DNA of 43,385 bases from a candidate division WS6 bacterium OLB20 (GCA_001567355.1 JYNZ01000007.1:1-43385); one strand, 5' to 3'; counted from the first letter of the stretch, positions 8,229 to 17,265 are shown. Numbers and translations are program-made. The notes: a model not told the origin generated them from the letters alone.

Positions 8229-8887
8229 AGTGGCAGGGCAAAGTCTTTTTTAAGCGCCGCGAGCCGGCCTTCACGGATCAGCTGCATTTCATCCTCACGG
8301 TCTGACTTTCCGCCGATAAATCCATCCTTGCCGCCATTGTATTTGGCTCGCGTAAGCCCGTGCAGCTGCGCATCCTCTGCACTGATGTCTGAACTGATCT
8401 TTTGAAACACCACCTGGCAGACACGCTCACCCGGGTATATTCTGATCAGCTGCTGGTCTGTGTTATTTACAATCGGGATCATCAGATGACCGGTGTATCC
8501 TACATCGATGATTCCGGAGAGAGCGACACTGAGGCCACGACGGTTGATGGACGAGCGCGGATAGAGTACACACATAAGATCCTTTGCATGCAGGCCTATT
8601 GCCTCGTAAGTGGTACCAATAACCGACTCCTGGGGCAGCAGTTCAAAGTACTGTCCGGGTTTGAGTGTCACCGTATCAAAGTTTTCTGCAGCTGTGCCCG
8701 AAAGCGGGTCAATCATAATGGCACGCCGGCCCTCTTTTGTCAGCTCCCAGGTTTTAGGAATATGAAACTCCAGACCAAGTCGCAGATCAACAGCATGCGG
8801 CTGCATCTGAAAACCGTCCAGACCAGGCGTAAAACTTACCTCGCCTGTCCTGATACGTTCCTGTATGTCAGCTCTGCTGAGTATCAT
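8225..8887 (-). CDS. dcd: dCTP deaminase (dUTPase superfamily)
   Basis: MILSRADIQERI... N-terminus, with PHAVDLRLG and GIIDVGYTGHLMIPIVN motifs typical of Dcd. Confidence 0.85.
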   Translation of the reverse strand: MILSRADIQERIRTGEVSFTPGLDGFQMQPHAVDLRLGLEFHIPKTWELTKEGRRAIMIDPLSGTAAENFDTVTLKPGQYFELLPQESVIGTTYEAIGLHAKDLMCVLYPRSSINRRGLSVALSGIIDVGYTGHLMIPIVNNTDQQLIRIYPGERVCQVVFQKISSDISAEDAQLHGLTRAKYNGGKDGFIGGKSDREDEMQLIREGRLAALKKDFALPL

Positions 8888-9410
8888 TAGTAGTGTGTAA
8901 CGTATATGTCAGAAGCAGGGTACCCCGGTCATTCAGTTGTTCCATTGCTGTGAGCTGCATCGGGATATCAAAGCTGCTGCCATCCGAGATGCGCAAACCG
9001 CTTCCGAACAGACGCGGCTCGAGCGTGAGGACGAGTTCATCAACAAGTCCGGCCTCGAGAAACTGCCGGTTGACATTTGCGCCACCAATGAGCGCAGCAT
9101 GTGTGATACCTCTCTCCATAAGTACAGCGATAACGTCCTGGGGTGTTCCCTTCATAAAGATAGCGTTCTCATGCTTATCAAACCTGTCCGGTTGAGATGT
9201 AAGAACAATATTCAGCCTGTCTTTAAGCGATGCTCCACCAGCTGCCCGAAATGTTGTACTGCCAAGAATAACCGTGCCAATTTGCCTGGAGAGCTCCCGG
9301 AAGTGTTTTTTATCCTCGGCGGAATTCCAGGTGAAGCTGTCAGCGTGTTCGTCGTTTGCGATGACACCGTCAGCTGTCGTAACCATTATCAGAGTAATCT
9401 TGGGCCTCAT
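8868..9410 (-). CDS. dihydrofolate reductase-family protein (RibD C-terminal domain type)
   Basis: MRPKITLIMVTTADGVIA..., GSTTF and LIGGANVNRQFLEAGLVDEL match the RibD_C/DHFR-like fold. The start is set at the internal ATG at 9410, which abuts the upstream NUDIX stop. Confidence 0.7.
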   Translation of the reverse strand: MRPKITLIMVTTADGVIANDEHADSFTWNSAEDKKHFRELSRQIGTVILGSTTFRAAGGASLKDRLNIVLTSQPDRFDKHENAIFMKGTPQDVIAVLMERGITHAALIGGANVNRQFLEAGLVDELVLTLEPRLFGSGLRISDGSSFDIPMQLTAMEQLNDRGTLLLTYTLHTTNDTQQS

Positions 9411-9411
9411 G

Positions 9412-9936
9412 TCAGGAATGTAACAGGTAGAGAGACCAGGTCGCAAGTGTATGGGCATTATTCACTTTCTCATCGTTGAGCAGCTTTGTGATTTCGCTTG
9501 CTGTCTTCCAGTGCAGCGTGATCTCCTCTTCGGCTTCAAGCTCCTGCTCTGCCATACCGGCCAGGTCGGCAGTAAATATATGCAGCTGTTCACACGAACG
9601 ACGGTGGTATGGATACATGATACCGATCTCTTTGAGATTGACAATCTCGCATCCGGCCTCCTCTTTTGCCTCACGGCGCAAAGCATCTTCAAGAGATTCG
9701 TGTTCATTGACCATGCCCCCGGGAAAATTCCAGATCCGTGTGTCATTTGGCCATGTATATTCCTGCAGGATCAGGAGCTTTCCTTCACCATTGCGGATAA
9801 TCGCTCCTACTGACTGTGCACTGCCCTCAATACTGACATAGTCTGTTTCGGTGCCGTCAGTGAGTCTGACCGTATCCTCGATCAGTGTTATTCTGGGATG
9901 CGTAAATATGACCCGTGTTTCCTTTTTTTTCCACAT
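9412..9936 (-). CDS. NUDIX hydrolase (ADP-ribose pyrophosphatase-like)
   Basis: Nudix box GGMVNEHESLEDALRREAKEEAG. The start is set at MWKKKETRVIF. Confidence 0.8.
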   Translation of the reverse strand: MWKKKETRVIFTHPRITLIEDTVRLTDGTETDYVSIEGSAQSVGAIIRNGEGKLLILQEYTWPNDTRIWNFPGGMVNEHESLEDALRREAKEEAGCEIVNLKEIGIMYPYHRRSCEQLHIFTADLAGMAEQELEAEEEITLHWKTASEITKLLNDEKVNNAHTLATWSLYLLHS

Positions 9937-10046
9937 GCGCCTATTGTACGACTTAGCGCTCCGGTTGCGCAATGTGTATTCAGATTGCCAAATGCGTATT
10001 GAGCAGGAGTCGTCCGAGTTGCTATAGTGAGTCATTCTTACGAGTA

Positions 10047-10544
10047 ATGTCTATGAGTGCTAAACGTGTACGCCCGGACTGGGATGAGTATTTCATGCAG
10101 ATTCTTGAGACAGTCAGTCATCGTGCAACATGCGACCGCGGATACAGCGGCAGTGTCATCGCCCGTGACAAACAGATTCTCAGTACAGGCTATGTTGGCG
10201 CACCCGCCGGACTGCCGCATTGTGACGAGGTCGGACATGAGATGCACGAGGTGATCCATCCGGACGGGACACGCTCTAAACATTGTATTCGCACCACACA
10301 TGCTGAGCAGAATGCGATTGTTAATGCCGCAAAAAACGGTGTGGCGATCAACGGAGCGACAATTTACTGCAATATGGAACCCTGTTATGTCTGCGCCAAA
10401 CTGATCATCAATGCCGGCATCGTCAGAGTTGTCTGCAACAGACGCTACCATGCAGCCGCCAGGACACGCGAGGTGCTTGCCGAGGCCGGGGTTGAACTGA
10501 CGGTACTGCATGACGAAGAGCAGGAATATGATAATAAAACGTAA
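10047..10544 (+). CDS. comEB: dCMP deaminase (cytidine/deoxycytidylate deaminase zinc-binding)
   Basis: WDEYFM..., HAEQNAI and the PCYVCAKLIINAGI zinc-ligand motifs. Confidence 0.85.
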   Translation: MSMSAKRVRPDWDEYFMQILETVSHRATCDRGYSGSVIARDKQILSTGYVGAPAGLPHCDEVGHEMHEVIHPDGTRSKHCIRTTHAEQNAIVNAAKNGVAINGATIYCNMEPCYVCAKLIINAGIVRVVCNRRYHAAARTREVLAEAGVELTVLHDEEQEYDNKT

Positions 10545-10565
10545 ATAAATTAAGTACAAAACATA

Positions 10566-11387
10566 ATGAGACAGTACCTGGATGCACTGCAGCATGTTCT
10601 TGATAATGGTGTTGACAGTAAGGACCGCACCGGAGTAGGCACACGCCGCCTGTTCGGCATGCAGGTCCGGTACAACATGGACGACGGGTTTCCGGCTGTG
10701 ACGACAAAAAAGCTTTACTTCAAAGGTGTCGCTGCTGAACTGCTCTGGTTTTTAAGCGGCAGCTCTGACAATAACGAGCTCAACAGACTCGGGACAAAAA
10801 TATGGGACGCTAATGCAAATGCTGATTACTGGAAACCGAAAGCGCGGTTTGAAGGCGATCTGGGCAGAGTCTACGGCGTTCAGTGGCGCAGCTGGCAGAC
10901 ACCTGACGGTAAAACAGTTGACCAGATTGCACAGGTAATTGAAACAATTAAGAAGAATCCCACAGACAGGCGCATGATCGTCTCCGCCTGGAACCCCGGG
11001 GAGCTGGACCAGATGGCACTGCCGCCATGCCATGTCATGTTCCAGTTTTTTGTCGAAGGGGACAGACTGTCACTGCAGATGTACCAGCGCAGCTGCGATA
11101 TGTTCCTCGGCGTGCCGTTTAATATCGCATCATACTCGCTGCTTCTGCACATGGTTGCCCAGGTGACAGGACTGACCCCGGGTGAATTTATTCATGTTAT
11201 GGGCGATACACATATCTACCTGAACCATATTGATCAGGTCAGGGAGCAGCTTTCGCGCAAACCGCGCAAACTGCCTGATTTGTGGCTTAATCCGGAGATA
11301 AAAGATATCGACTCGTTCACCATGGACGATATCCGGCTTGATAACTACGACCCGGCACCTGCAATCAAAGCTCCCATGGCAGTCTGA
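10566..11387 (+). CDS. thyA: thymidylate synthase ThyA
   Basis: MRQYLDALQHVLDNG..DRTGVGT, MALPPCH and SCDMFLGVPFNIASY are hallmark ThyA motifs. Confidence 0.95.
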   Translation: MRQYLDALQHVLDNGVDSKDRTGVGTRRLFGMQVRYNMDDGFPAVTTKKLYFKGVAAELLWFLSGSSDNNELNRLGTKIWDANANADYWKPKARFEGDLGRVYGVQWRSWQTPDGKTVDQIAQVIETIKKNPTDRRMIVSAWNPGELDQMALPPCHVMFQFFVEGDRLSLQMYQRSCDMFLGVPFNIASYSLLLHMVAQVTGLTPGEFIHVMGDTHIYLNHIDQVREQLSRKPRKLPDLWLNPEIKDIDSFTMDDIRLDNYDPAPAIKAPMAV

Positions 11388-11435
11388 AACAGTTGCCATG
11401 GCTGGCCGTCTTGGCTACACTGAAAAGAAAACGCC

Positions 11436-12560
11436 ATGTGCCCACTACTGATCAGGTTAGGTTTAACGTTTCTTGCCATACTCACCGGCACTGCGGGTCT
11501 GTTTCTCATAACCTTCAGAACACAGCTCGTTAATCAGGATATCTACAAGCAGGGCCTGGACGAGTCAGGTATGTATGAACTTGTCACATCGCAGCTTGAG
11601 CGCCGGCTGATTCCCGACCGGGACAACGAAGAAACACAGGGAGCATTCGTTTTTCTTGATCCCATTCTCGCCAATCTGGACATCGAAAGTCTTGTAAAAC
11701 AGACTGTCGATCGCAATATCGACAACGCATTTGCGTGGCTTAAAGATGAACGTTCAGATCTGTCTGTATACTTTCCGAAGCAGGAACTGCTGGCCAGTTA
11801 CAACCGTGACGATGTTGTGGCAAATGTCATGGACGAGTTTGACCGCAGAATTGCGGAGCTGCCCGAATGTACCCCCGATCAGGTTGAAATTATCAGAAGC
11901 GAGCAACACGAGAATTTTCAGCTGCCATCCTGCCGCCCTCCTGACCCGGCCATGGTTGCCGTGCTGAAAGAAGAGCTGCATACCACTGTCGACCAGACGC
12001 TCGGTTCAGAAAATCTGATCCAGACAGCATTAAACGAGGCAGGTCTCGGCGGGATCGGTCAGGAGACACCGCTTGCAACCCTGTTAGAGAACAATCCAGA
12101 TTCAGAGGACATTCTCGCGCAGCTGGAGACAGCTAAAAACTACCTGACAGCCGCCCAGGCAGCAGGATGGGTGTTGCTGGGTATCACGCTTATCCTCGCA
12201 CTGGTGGTTGTCGTTACAGGTCAGATATCACTAAAACGCATGATCAGCGTCCCTGCGGGCATCTTTCTGATCGCTGGCCTGCTGCTTGCCGTCATCGGAC
12301 TGATCGCCCTGCAGCTGCCCGATTCTGCACTTAATCTTCTGCCGCTGCCTGATGACGGCGGACAGGAGATACTCGCATTTCGTGAGCCCTTAGAAAATAT
12401 TATCCGGTTTATTATTCCAAAGCTGTTTGAACTGACTCTGTACACAGGTGTTGCCCTGTTTACCGTCAGCCTGCTCTTCCGGATTGCTGCGCTTCTGATA
12501 AAAGCGCCACCCCGTGAGGCAAAAACAGAGACGGCAGCACCTGCGCCTGCTGCCGCATAA
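11436..12560 (+). CDS. membrane protein, unknown family (paralog A)
   Basis: An N-terminal TM, a ~220-aa extracytoplasmic region with a Cys pair, and 3-4 C-terminal TMs. It aligns by eye with 12582..13748. Confidence 0.6.
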   Translation: MCPLLIRLGLTFLAILTGTAGLFLITFRTQLVNQDIYKQGLDESGMYELVTSQLERRLIPDRDNEETQGAFVFLDPILANLDIESLVKQTVDRNIDNAFAWLKDERSDLSVYFPKQELLASYNRDDVVANVMDEFDRRIAELPECTPDQVEIIRSEQHENFQLPSCRPPDPAMVAVLKEELHTTVDQTLGSENLIQTALNEAGLGGIGQETPLATLLENNPDSEDILAQLETAKNYLTAAQAAGWVLLGITLILALVVVVTGQISLKRMISVPAGIFLIAGLLLAVIGLIALQLPDSALNLLPLPDDGGQEILAFREPLENIIRFIIPKLFELTLYTGVALFTVSLLFRIAALLIKAPPREAKTETAAPAPAAA

Positions 12561-12581
12561 TTAACGCGTTACAACAAGCAC

Positions 12582-13748
12582 ATGGTCAGACAGACCGTCC
12601 GGGTGTTGCTCTTTATCCTGGCACTGACAGCCGGTGTGGCAGGAATCGTTACCCTCACCTTTCGTATGCGCGCGCTTGATGCTTCCACGTATAAGCGGTC
12701 CCTTGCTCCTTCCGGCATATACCGTGAACTGAGGCTCACAATGGAGGACAGCTTTGTTGCAGCAACTGCAGGTGAACAGGCAATCGGAACGCCGTTTGCA
12801 GATGCGCTCGTTGCCCAGATGGATCTGCCGGGCGTGACAGTGATCATGATGGAGACCAATGTTGACCGGCTGCTTGCCTGGGTGAATAAACAGAGCACGG
12901 AGCTGCGCATGTATGTTCCCTTCAGCGAACTGGAGGCAGAGATCGCGGGACTTGATGTCAGCAGTTTTACATTTTCGGAAGTAGAGCAGCTGACCGCCAG
13001 TCTTGCAGATTGTACACCCGAGCTTAACGAGGTAAACGCGGTGTTTCCTGTCTGCCGGGATTCTGACGAGGTACATTCGATCGATATGCAGGCGAAGCTT
13101 GAATCATTTATCAGCATGCTGCAGGACGACTCGCGCCTGACATCCGTGACAGTGCTGAAGGACTACTTTAACAATGAATCCCTGAGTGAGGATATGCTGT
13201 TTGTGCAACACCTTGGAGCTCACCCGGCAGAAGTCAGGCTGCCGATCGATGCCAGCCTGCAGGCAGCCCAGGATATTGCGCAGACATCTTCACTGATCGG
13301 CTGGGGACTGCTGGGTATTGCCGGTGTGCTTCTTATTCTGGTGGTGATGCTTGGCGAGATGAGCTGGCGGGGTGTTTTATCAGTCATTGGTCTGGCTGGC
13401 ATGCTTTCGGGTGTGCTGGTGGTCGTGCTTGGTGTTATCGGCATGAGTTCGCCGGATACACTTCTTGAAGCCACAGTTCCCGGGCTGTTTCTGACACAGT
13501 ATTACTCAGCTGACATGCTTGAGTCCTTCAGGTTATTCAGCAACCGGCTGTTTACACTCCTGTTTGAGATGACACTGTACACCGGTGGGGCAACAGCAGT
13601 TATCAGTCTGCTTGTGTTTATCACCGCAAAGCTATTGCCCAAAACGGCTGCTGAGCGTAGAATGAGCGAGAGTATCGGGACCGGGCTGCCGGAGGCGGAT
13701 ATCGCCCCCAAGCTGGTACCCGGCAAAACCAAGTTTTTCAGACCATGA
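12582..13748 (+). CDS. membrane protein, unknown family (paralog B)
   Basis: Same architecture as paralog A. Shared strings include SG.Y.EL, CTP(D/E) and (L/M)TLYTG(V/G)A. Confidence 0.6.
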   Translation: MVRQTVRVLLFILALTAGVAGIVTLTFRMRALDASTYKRSLAPSGIYRELRLTMEDSFVAATAGEQAIGTPFADALVAQMDLPGVTVIMMETNVDRLLAWVNKQSTELRMYVPFSELEAEIAGLDVSSFTFSEVEQLTASLADCTPELNEVNAVFPVCRDSDEVHSIDMQAKLESFISMLQDDSRLTSVTVLKDYFNNESLSEDMLFVQHLGAHPAEVRLPIDASLQAAQDIAQTSSLIGWGLLGIAGVLLILVVMLGEMSWRGVLSVIGLAGMLSGVLVVVLGVIGMSSPDTLLEATVPGLFLTQYYSADMLESFRLFSNRLFTLLFEMTLYTGGATAVISLLVFITAKLLPKTAAERRMSESIGTGLPEADIAPKLVPGKTKFFRP

Positions 13749-14242
13749 AGATTCTGACAACAATCAGCGATCACGACAGTGCGGACTATTCCGGTTTTGT
13801 ATACCGTGCAGCCGCTCGGGGTGCCTTTTTCAATGAGGCCGGACTGATGCCGCTTCTGCATGTAGGTGCTTCAGATTACTACAAGCTTCCCGGAGGAGGT
13901 ATCGAGCCAGGAGAGTCAATGGATGACGCACTGTCTCGCGAAGTACTTGAAGAGACAGGCTGCGAGCTGGCAGAGACGATACTGCTGGGTATGATAATTG
14001 AGGTGCGGTCCGAATTCAGGATGGTACAGGTATCGTTCTGCTACACAGGAAAGATTGCCACGCAGAACGCACAGCCGGAATTTACCGCTGATGAGCAGGA
14101 AAACGGTTTTGAGCTGATGTGGACAGGCGCAGATGAAGCGCTGCAGCTGCTTGCACAATCCTCTACAAAGGACTACGAATCCGACTTTATCACCAGGCGT
14201 GATGCCTCAATTATCCGCGAAGCGGGAAACGTCCTCTCCTGA
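13745..14242 (+). CDS. NUDIX hydrolase
   Basis: Nudix box LPGGGIEPGESMDDALSREVLEETG. It overlaps the upstream stop by 4 nt. Confidence 0.8.
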   Translation: MKILTTISDHDSADYSGFVYRAAARGAFFNEAGLMPLLHVGASDYYKLPGGGIEPGESMDDALSREVLEETGCELAETILLGMIIEVRSEFRMVQVSFCYTGKIATQNAQPEFTADEQENGFELMWTGADEALQLLAQSSTKDYESDFITRRDASIIREAGNVLS

Positions 14243-14277
14243 TATCAGCAACCAGGCATACTGATTCTGAACGGTAA

Positions 14278-15249
14278 TCAGGCGGGGACAGGGTTCGTGT
14301 ATGTATCTGCAGTTGTATCAACTTCAACACCTTTTTCTTCAAGCCAGCGTTCAAGATCGATTGCAGCCATGCAGCCCATGCCTGCTGCAGTGATTGCCTG
14401 ACGGTAGCGGTGATCGTTGACATCTCCCCCGACAAATACGCCTTCGACAGAGGTATGTGTCTTGTCTTTGACAACTATGTAACCCTGATCGTCAAGCTCG
14501 ACAGCATCGCCCAGAAACTTTGTGTTAGGAATATGACCGATGGCAAGAAACATTCCATCAACTGCAAGATCCGATTCTTCACCGGTCTCTGTATTTTTCA
14601 GCCTCAGCGATCCGACAACATCCTGACCCTTGACCTCCAGTACTTCTGTATTCCAGATTACTTGAATCTTCGGGTTGTTCAGGACACGGTCCTGCATGAT
14701 TTTAGATGCACGGAACTCGCCTCTGCGGTGAATCACGTAGACCTTGCTTGCAAATCGGGTAAGGAATGTAGCCTCTTCCATTGCGCTGTCACCACCACCG
14801 ATCACAGACACTACTTTGTCCCTGTAGAATGCTCCGTCACAGGTTGCACAGCTGCTCACCCCTTTACCCCAGAACTCCTGCTCACTCGGCAGCCCCAGTT
14901 TACGCGGCGAAGCGCCGGTTGCAAGGATGACTGAACGTGCCTTGTACTCATCTGCACCTACCCAGACCCTTTTTACCTCTCCGCTGAAATCGACCTTTGA
15001 GACATTCTGGTGAACGATCTCCGCCCCGAAGCGCTTTGCCTGTTTGATCATATGCTGCATCAACTCAGGTCCGACAATCCCCTCGGGGAATCCCGGGAAG
15101 TTTTCTACCTCGGTTGTGGTCATAAGCTGACCGCCAAACTCCAGGCCCGCAAAGACGAGCGGCTTAAGGTTGGCTCTGGCTGTATAGATGGCGGAAGTCA
15201 ATCCGGCAGGGCCGGACCCGATAATAATCACATTGTGAATATCTGACAT
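14278..15249 (-). CDS. trxB: thioredoxin-disulfide reductase
   Basis: GSGPAG FAD motif, redox-active CATCDG and GGGDSAMEEA NADPH motif. Confidence 0.92.
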   Translation of the reverse strand: MSDIHNVIIIGSGPAGLTSAIYTARANLKPLVFAGLEFGGQLMTTTEVENFPGFPEGIVGPELMQHMIKQAKRFGAEIVHQNVSKVDFSGEVKRVWVGADEYKARSVILATGASPRKLGLPSEQEFWGKGVSSCATCDGAFYRDKVVSVIGGGDSAMEEATFLTRFASKVYVIHRRGEFRASKIMQDRVLNNPKIQVIWNTEVLEVKGQDVVGSLRLKNTETGEESDLAVDGMFLAIGHIPNTKFLGDAVELDDQGYIVVKDKTHTSVEGVFVGGDVNDHRYRQAITAAGMGCMAAIDLERWLEEKGVEVDTTADTYTNPVPA

Positions 15250-15271
15250 GAAACGTTCCTACAAAGCTAAG

Positions 15272-15610
15272 TTATTCCTGCAGAGCTTCTTCCAGTTCCT
15301 GCTTAAGAACATCCTTGGGGCGGTATCCGATAAACTCTGCAATCACCTTGCCGTCCTTAAACAGTTTCATGTTGGGAATACTCTGAACCCGGTACAGCAT
15401 TGCAAGCTGCTGCTCATCGGGAGATTCTGTGTTAAGTTTAGTGATTTTAAGCCTGTCATGCAACTCGTCAGCAAGTTCTTCAAGCACAGGCTCCATCATC
15501 AGACAGGGACCGCACCAGCTCGCCCAGAAATCGACAAGCACAGGGCGATCGGACTTTAAAACCTCAGCAGAGAACGTTGCAGCATGCACAGGGATTGTTG
15601 TATGTGCCAT
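15272..15610 (-). CDS. trxA: thioredoxin
   Basis: WCGPC active site in a 112-aa protein. Confidence 0.92.
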   Translation of the reverse strand: MAHTTIPVHAATFSAEVLKSDRPVLVDFWASWCGPCLMMEPVLEELADELHDRLKITKLNTESPDEQQLAMLYRVQSIPNMKLFKDGKVIAEFIGYRPKDVLKQELEEALQE

Positions 15611-15627
15611 GTTTCGGTCAGTAATAA

Positions 15628-15864
15628 TTAATTTGAAAGCAGCTCGGCAAGAAAACGCTTACAGGCATCCTCCTTGTCGTCACATTCACGCATGAATTCC
15701 CAGAAGTGCTCCTGAATATAACTGTTCATTGCATTGTTAAGTGCCGAGCGGGCTGCCTTCATCTGGGTAAGAACAGCAAACGCATCCTGGTCATCAGCGA
15801 TCATTTTACCGACACCGCCGAGCTGTCCAATCACATTATTGAGCAATTGTTCCGGTGTTTTCAT
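15628..15864 (-). CDS. CsoR/RcnR/FrmR-family (DUF156) transcriptional repressor, non-canonical ligand set
   Basis: It aligns by eye with CsoR (L..I.GQ..G...M...D....LTQ..A...AL). The conserved first Cys is replaced by Ala (DAFAV). The start is set at MKTPEQ. Confidence 0.7.
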   Translation of the reverse strand: MKTPEQLLNNVIGQLGGVGKMIADDQDAFAVLTQMKAARSALNNAMNSYIQEHFWEFMRECDDKEDACKRFLAELLSN

Positions 15865-15893
15865 AGCTGATTTTGTAACTGACTGATTATAGC

Positions 15894-15910
15894 ACACCCC
15901 TGGGGGGTGT
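15894..15910. promoter_or_regulatory. candidate operator: perfect inverted repeat ACACCCC-TGG-GGGGTGT
   Basis: 7-bp arms with a 3-nt spacer, 30 nt upstream of the regulator start codon. G/C-tract palindromes are the known operator style of this family. Confidence 0.4.
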
Positions 15911-16046
15911 CAATGTGTTGCATCGGTATATATCCATACTGTAAAATTGCTCATGCACGCTATTGCAGGATACAACTCTTGGTGTGTATCTGCTCCTCTA
16001 GTCACCTCCACCCCTGCCGAAATTTCTGCCGGTTACCCGAATCGCT

Positions 16047-16664
16047 ATGTTTGCTGAGCATTTACCACGATATCAGCAGCCGCTTCCGGGATTTTTAACC
16101 TCACTACCGGAAGTCGCCTTTACTGTTCAACCTGATACCGAAACTCTGATCGGCACCGAAGCCGGTCCGCTGCTGGCACTTGTCACTCCAAGCCATATCC
16201 GCTTTCGTGACCCGGTCAGACCTGACGACTTTTTTTTCGAGGTGTATGTTCTCCAGGCGATGAGAATGCAGCGACTGCACATGGATGTACAGACACGACT
16301 GCCCGGACAGCCCGAGAGTATTTTGCAGCACAGGCTGCATGCATTTGATCTGTTTAAGCGTTCCGCCCAGCACTTCCAGCAGAACGGCATTTTTCCCAGT
16401 GTCTTTCATGGCATCTGGTATGAGGGTACTCACAACTGGAACCATCTGCACAGGCGTCGTAACAGCTCAGCCAGCGAAACAGCACGCGCACTGGAGGATG
16501 CTTTTTCTGTCAGGTGCGCACGACATATCGGATTACACCACTTCTGTATTCTTGAGGATAGTGAGTACGACGAGGATGAGGATACAACATTCACACGGAT
16601 TGAAATCTATCGCGATCCCAAGCCAGGGTTTACAATCAATCTGCAGACAGGCAGATATGACTGA
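16047..16664 (+). CDS. hypothetical protein
   Basis: A 205-aa ORF that is longer than the antisense alternatives. I recognise no motif. Confidence 0.4.
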   Translation: MFAEHLPRYQQPLPGFLTSLPEVAFTVQPDTETLIGTEAGPLLALVTPSHIRFRDPVRPDDFFFEVYVLQAMRMQRLHMDVQTRLPGQPESILQHRLHAFDLFKRSAQHFQQNGIFPSVFHGIWYEGTHNWNHLHRRRNSSASETARALEDAFSVRCARHIGLHHFCILEDSEYDEDEDTTFTRIEIYRDPKPGFTINLQTGRYD

Positions 16665-16929
16665 TTAGTCTGGAGCAGATATCATGTCCTGAAAAACCGC
16701 TCTGACCGGACAGCATCTGACCAGGCCCTCTTTGACAGAATCAGTATTTGATCCATTGCCGGATCCCTGAAACTACCTCACTGGGGGTAAATTGCGCTGC
16801 CGGATGCAGCGTTGCACGAAGTCTGGTGCCCTCCTGCGCTGAAGCTCCGAAGGTGGACCTTGCTTCTCATCCCGGGAATAAACAGTTCTAAGGTCTGATA
16901 TGATACCAGACGTAGCTTGATGCGAAGTC

Positions 16930-17004
16930 TGGTGAGCTGGCCGGGACTCGAACCCGGAACCAATTGCTTAAGAGGCAACTGCTCTACCATTGAGCTACCA
17001 GCCC
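16930..17004 (-). tRNA. tRNA-Lys (anticodon CTT), CCA encoded
   Basis: Hand-folded cloverleaf: GGGCTGG acceptor, GCTC/GAGC D-stem, anticodon loop CTCTTAA, T-arm CCGGG-TTCGAGT-CCCGG. Confidence 0.9.
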
Positions 17005-17102
17005 GCAAAGACAAACATATCGCCTGTACCAGCGATACGCGGGTTTATTATACCAGATGGGCATGAGACTTAAAACCTGCCTGCAACGGCAGAAAGGCAA
17101 TC

Positions 17103-17176
17103 TGCGTCTGGCAGGATTCGAACCTGCGACCCCCAGTTCCGGAAACTGGTGCTCTATCCAACTGAGCTACAGACGC
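17103..17176 (-). tRNA. tRNA-Arg (anticodon CCG), CCA not encoded
   Basis: GCGTCTG acceptor, GCTC/GAGC D-stem, anticodon loop TTCCGGA, T-arm GCAGG-TTCGAAT-CCTGC. Confidence 0.9.
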
Positions 17177-17191
17177 GCCGCGGTAAGAATG

Positions 17192-17265
17192 TACGCCCTG
17201 AGGGATTCGAACCCCCAACCTTCGGTTCCGAAGACCGGCGCTCTATCCAGTTGAGCTAAGGGCGC
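17192..17265 (-). tRNA. tRNA-Arg (anticodon TCG), CCA not encoded
   Basis: GCGCCCT acceptor (G1-U72 wobble), anticodon loop CTTCGGA, T-arm GGGGG-TTCGAAT-CCCTC. There is one mismatch at the top of the anticodon stem. Confidence 0.85.

Noticed and set aside
16780-16929. Possible extra tRNA or tmRNA-like gene ending in ...GGAGGGCACCA downstream of tRNA-Lys
   Set aside because: There is no T-arm (GTTCRANNC) and no 5' strand complementary to the putative acceptor. I could not fold it as class I, class II or tmRNA. It is reported only as a repeat/scar.
16778-17014. 78-aa minus-strand ORF
   Set aside because: It overlaps tRNA-Lys (16930..17004), and its translation is simply the tRNA and spacer read as protein.
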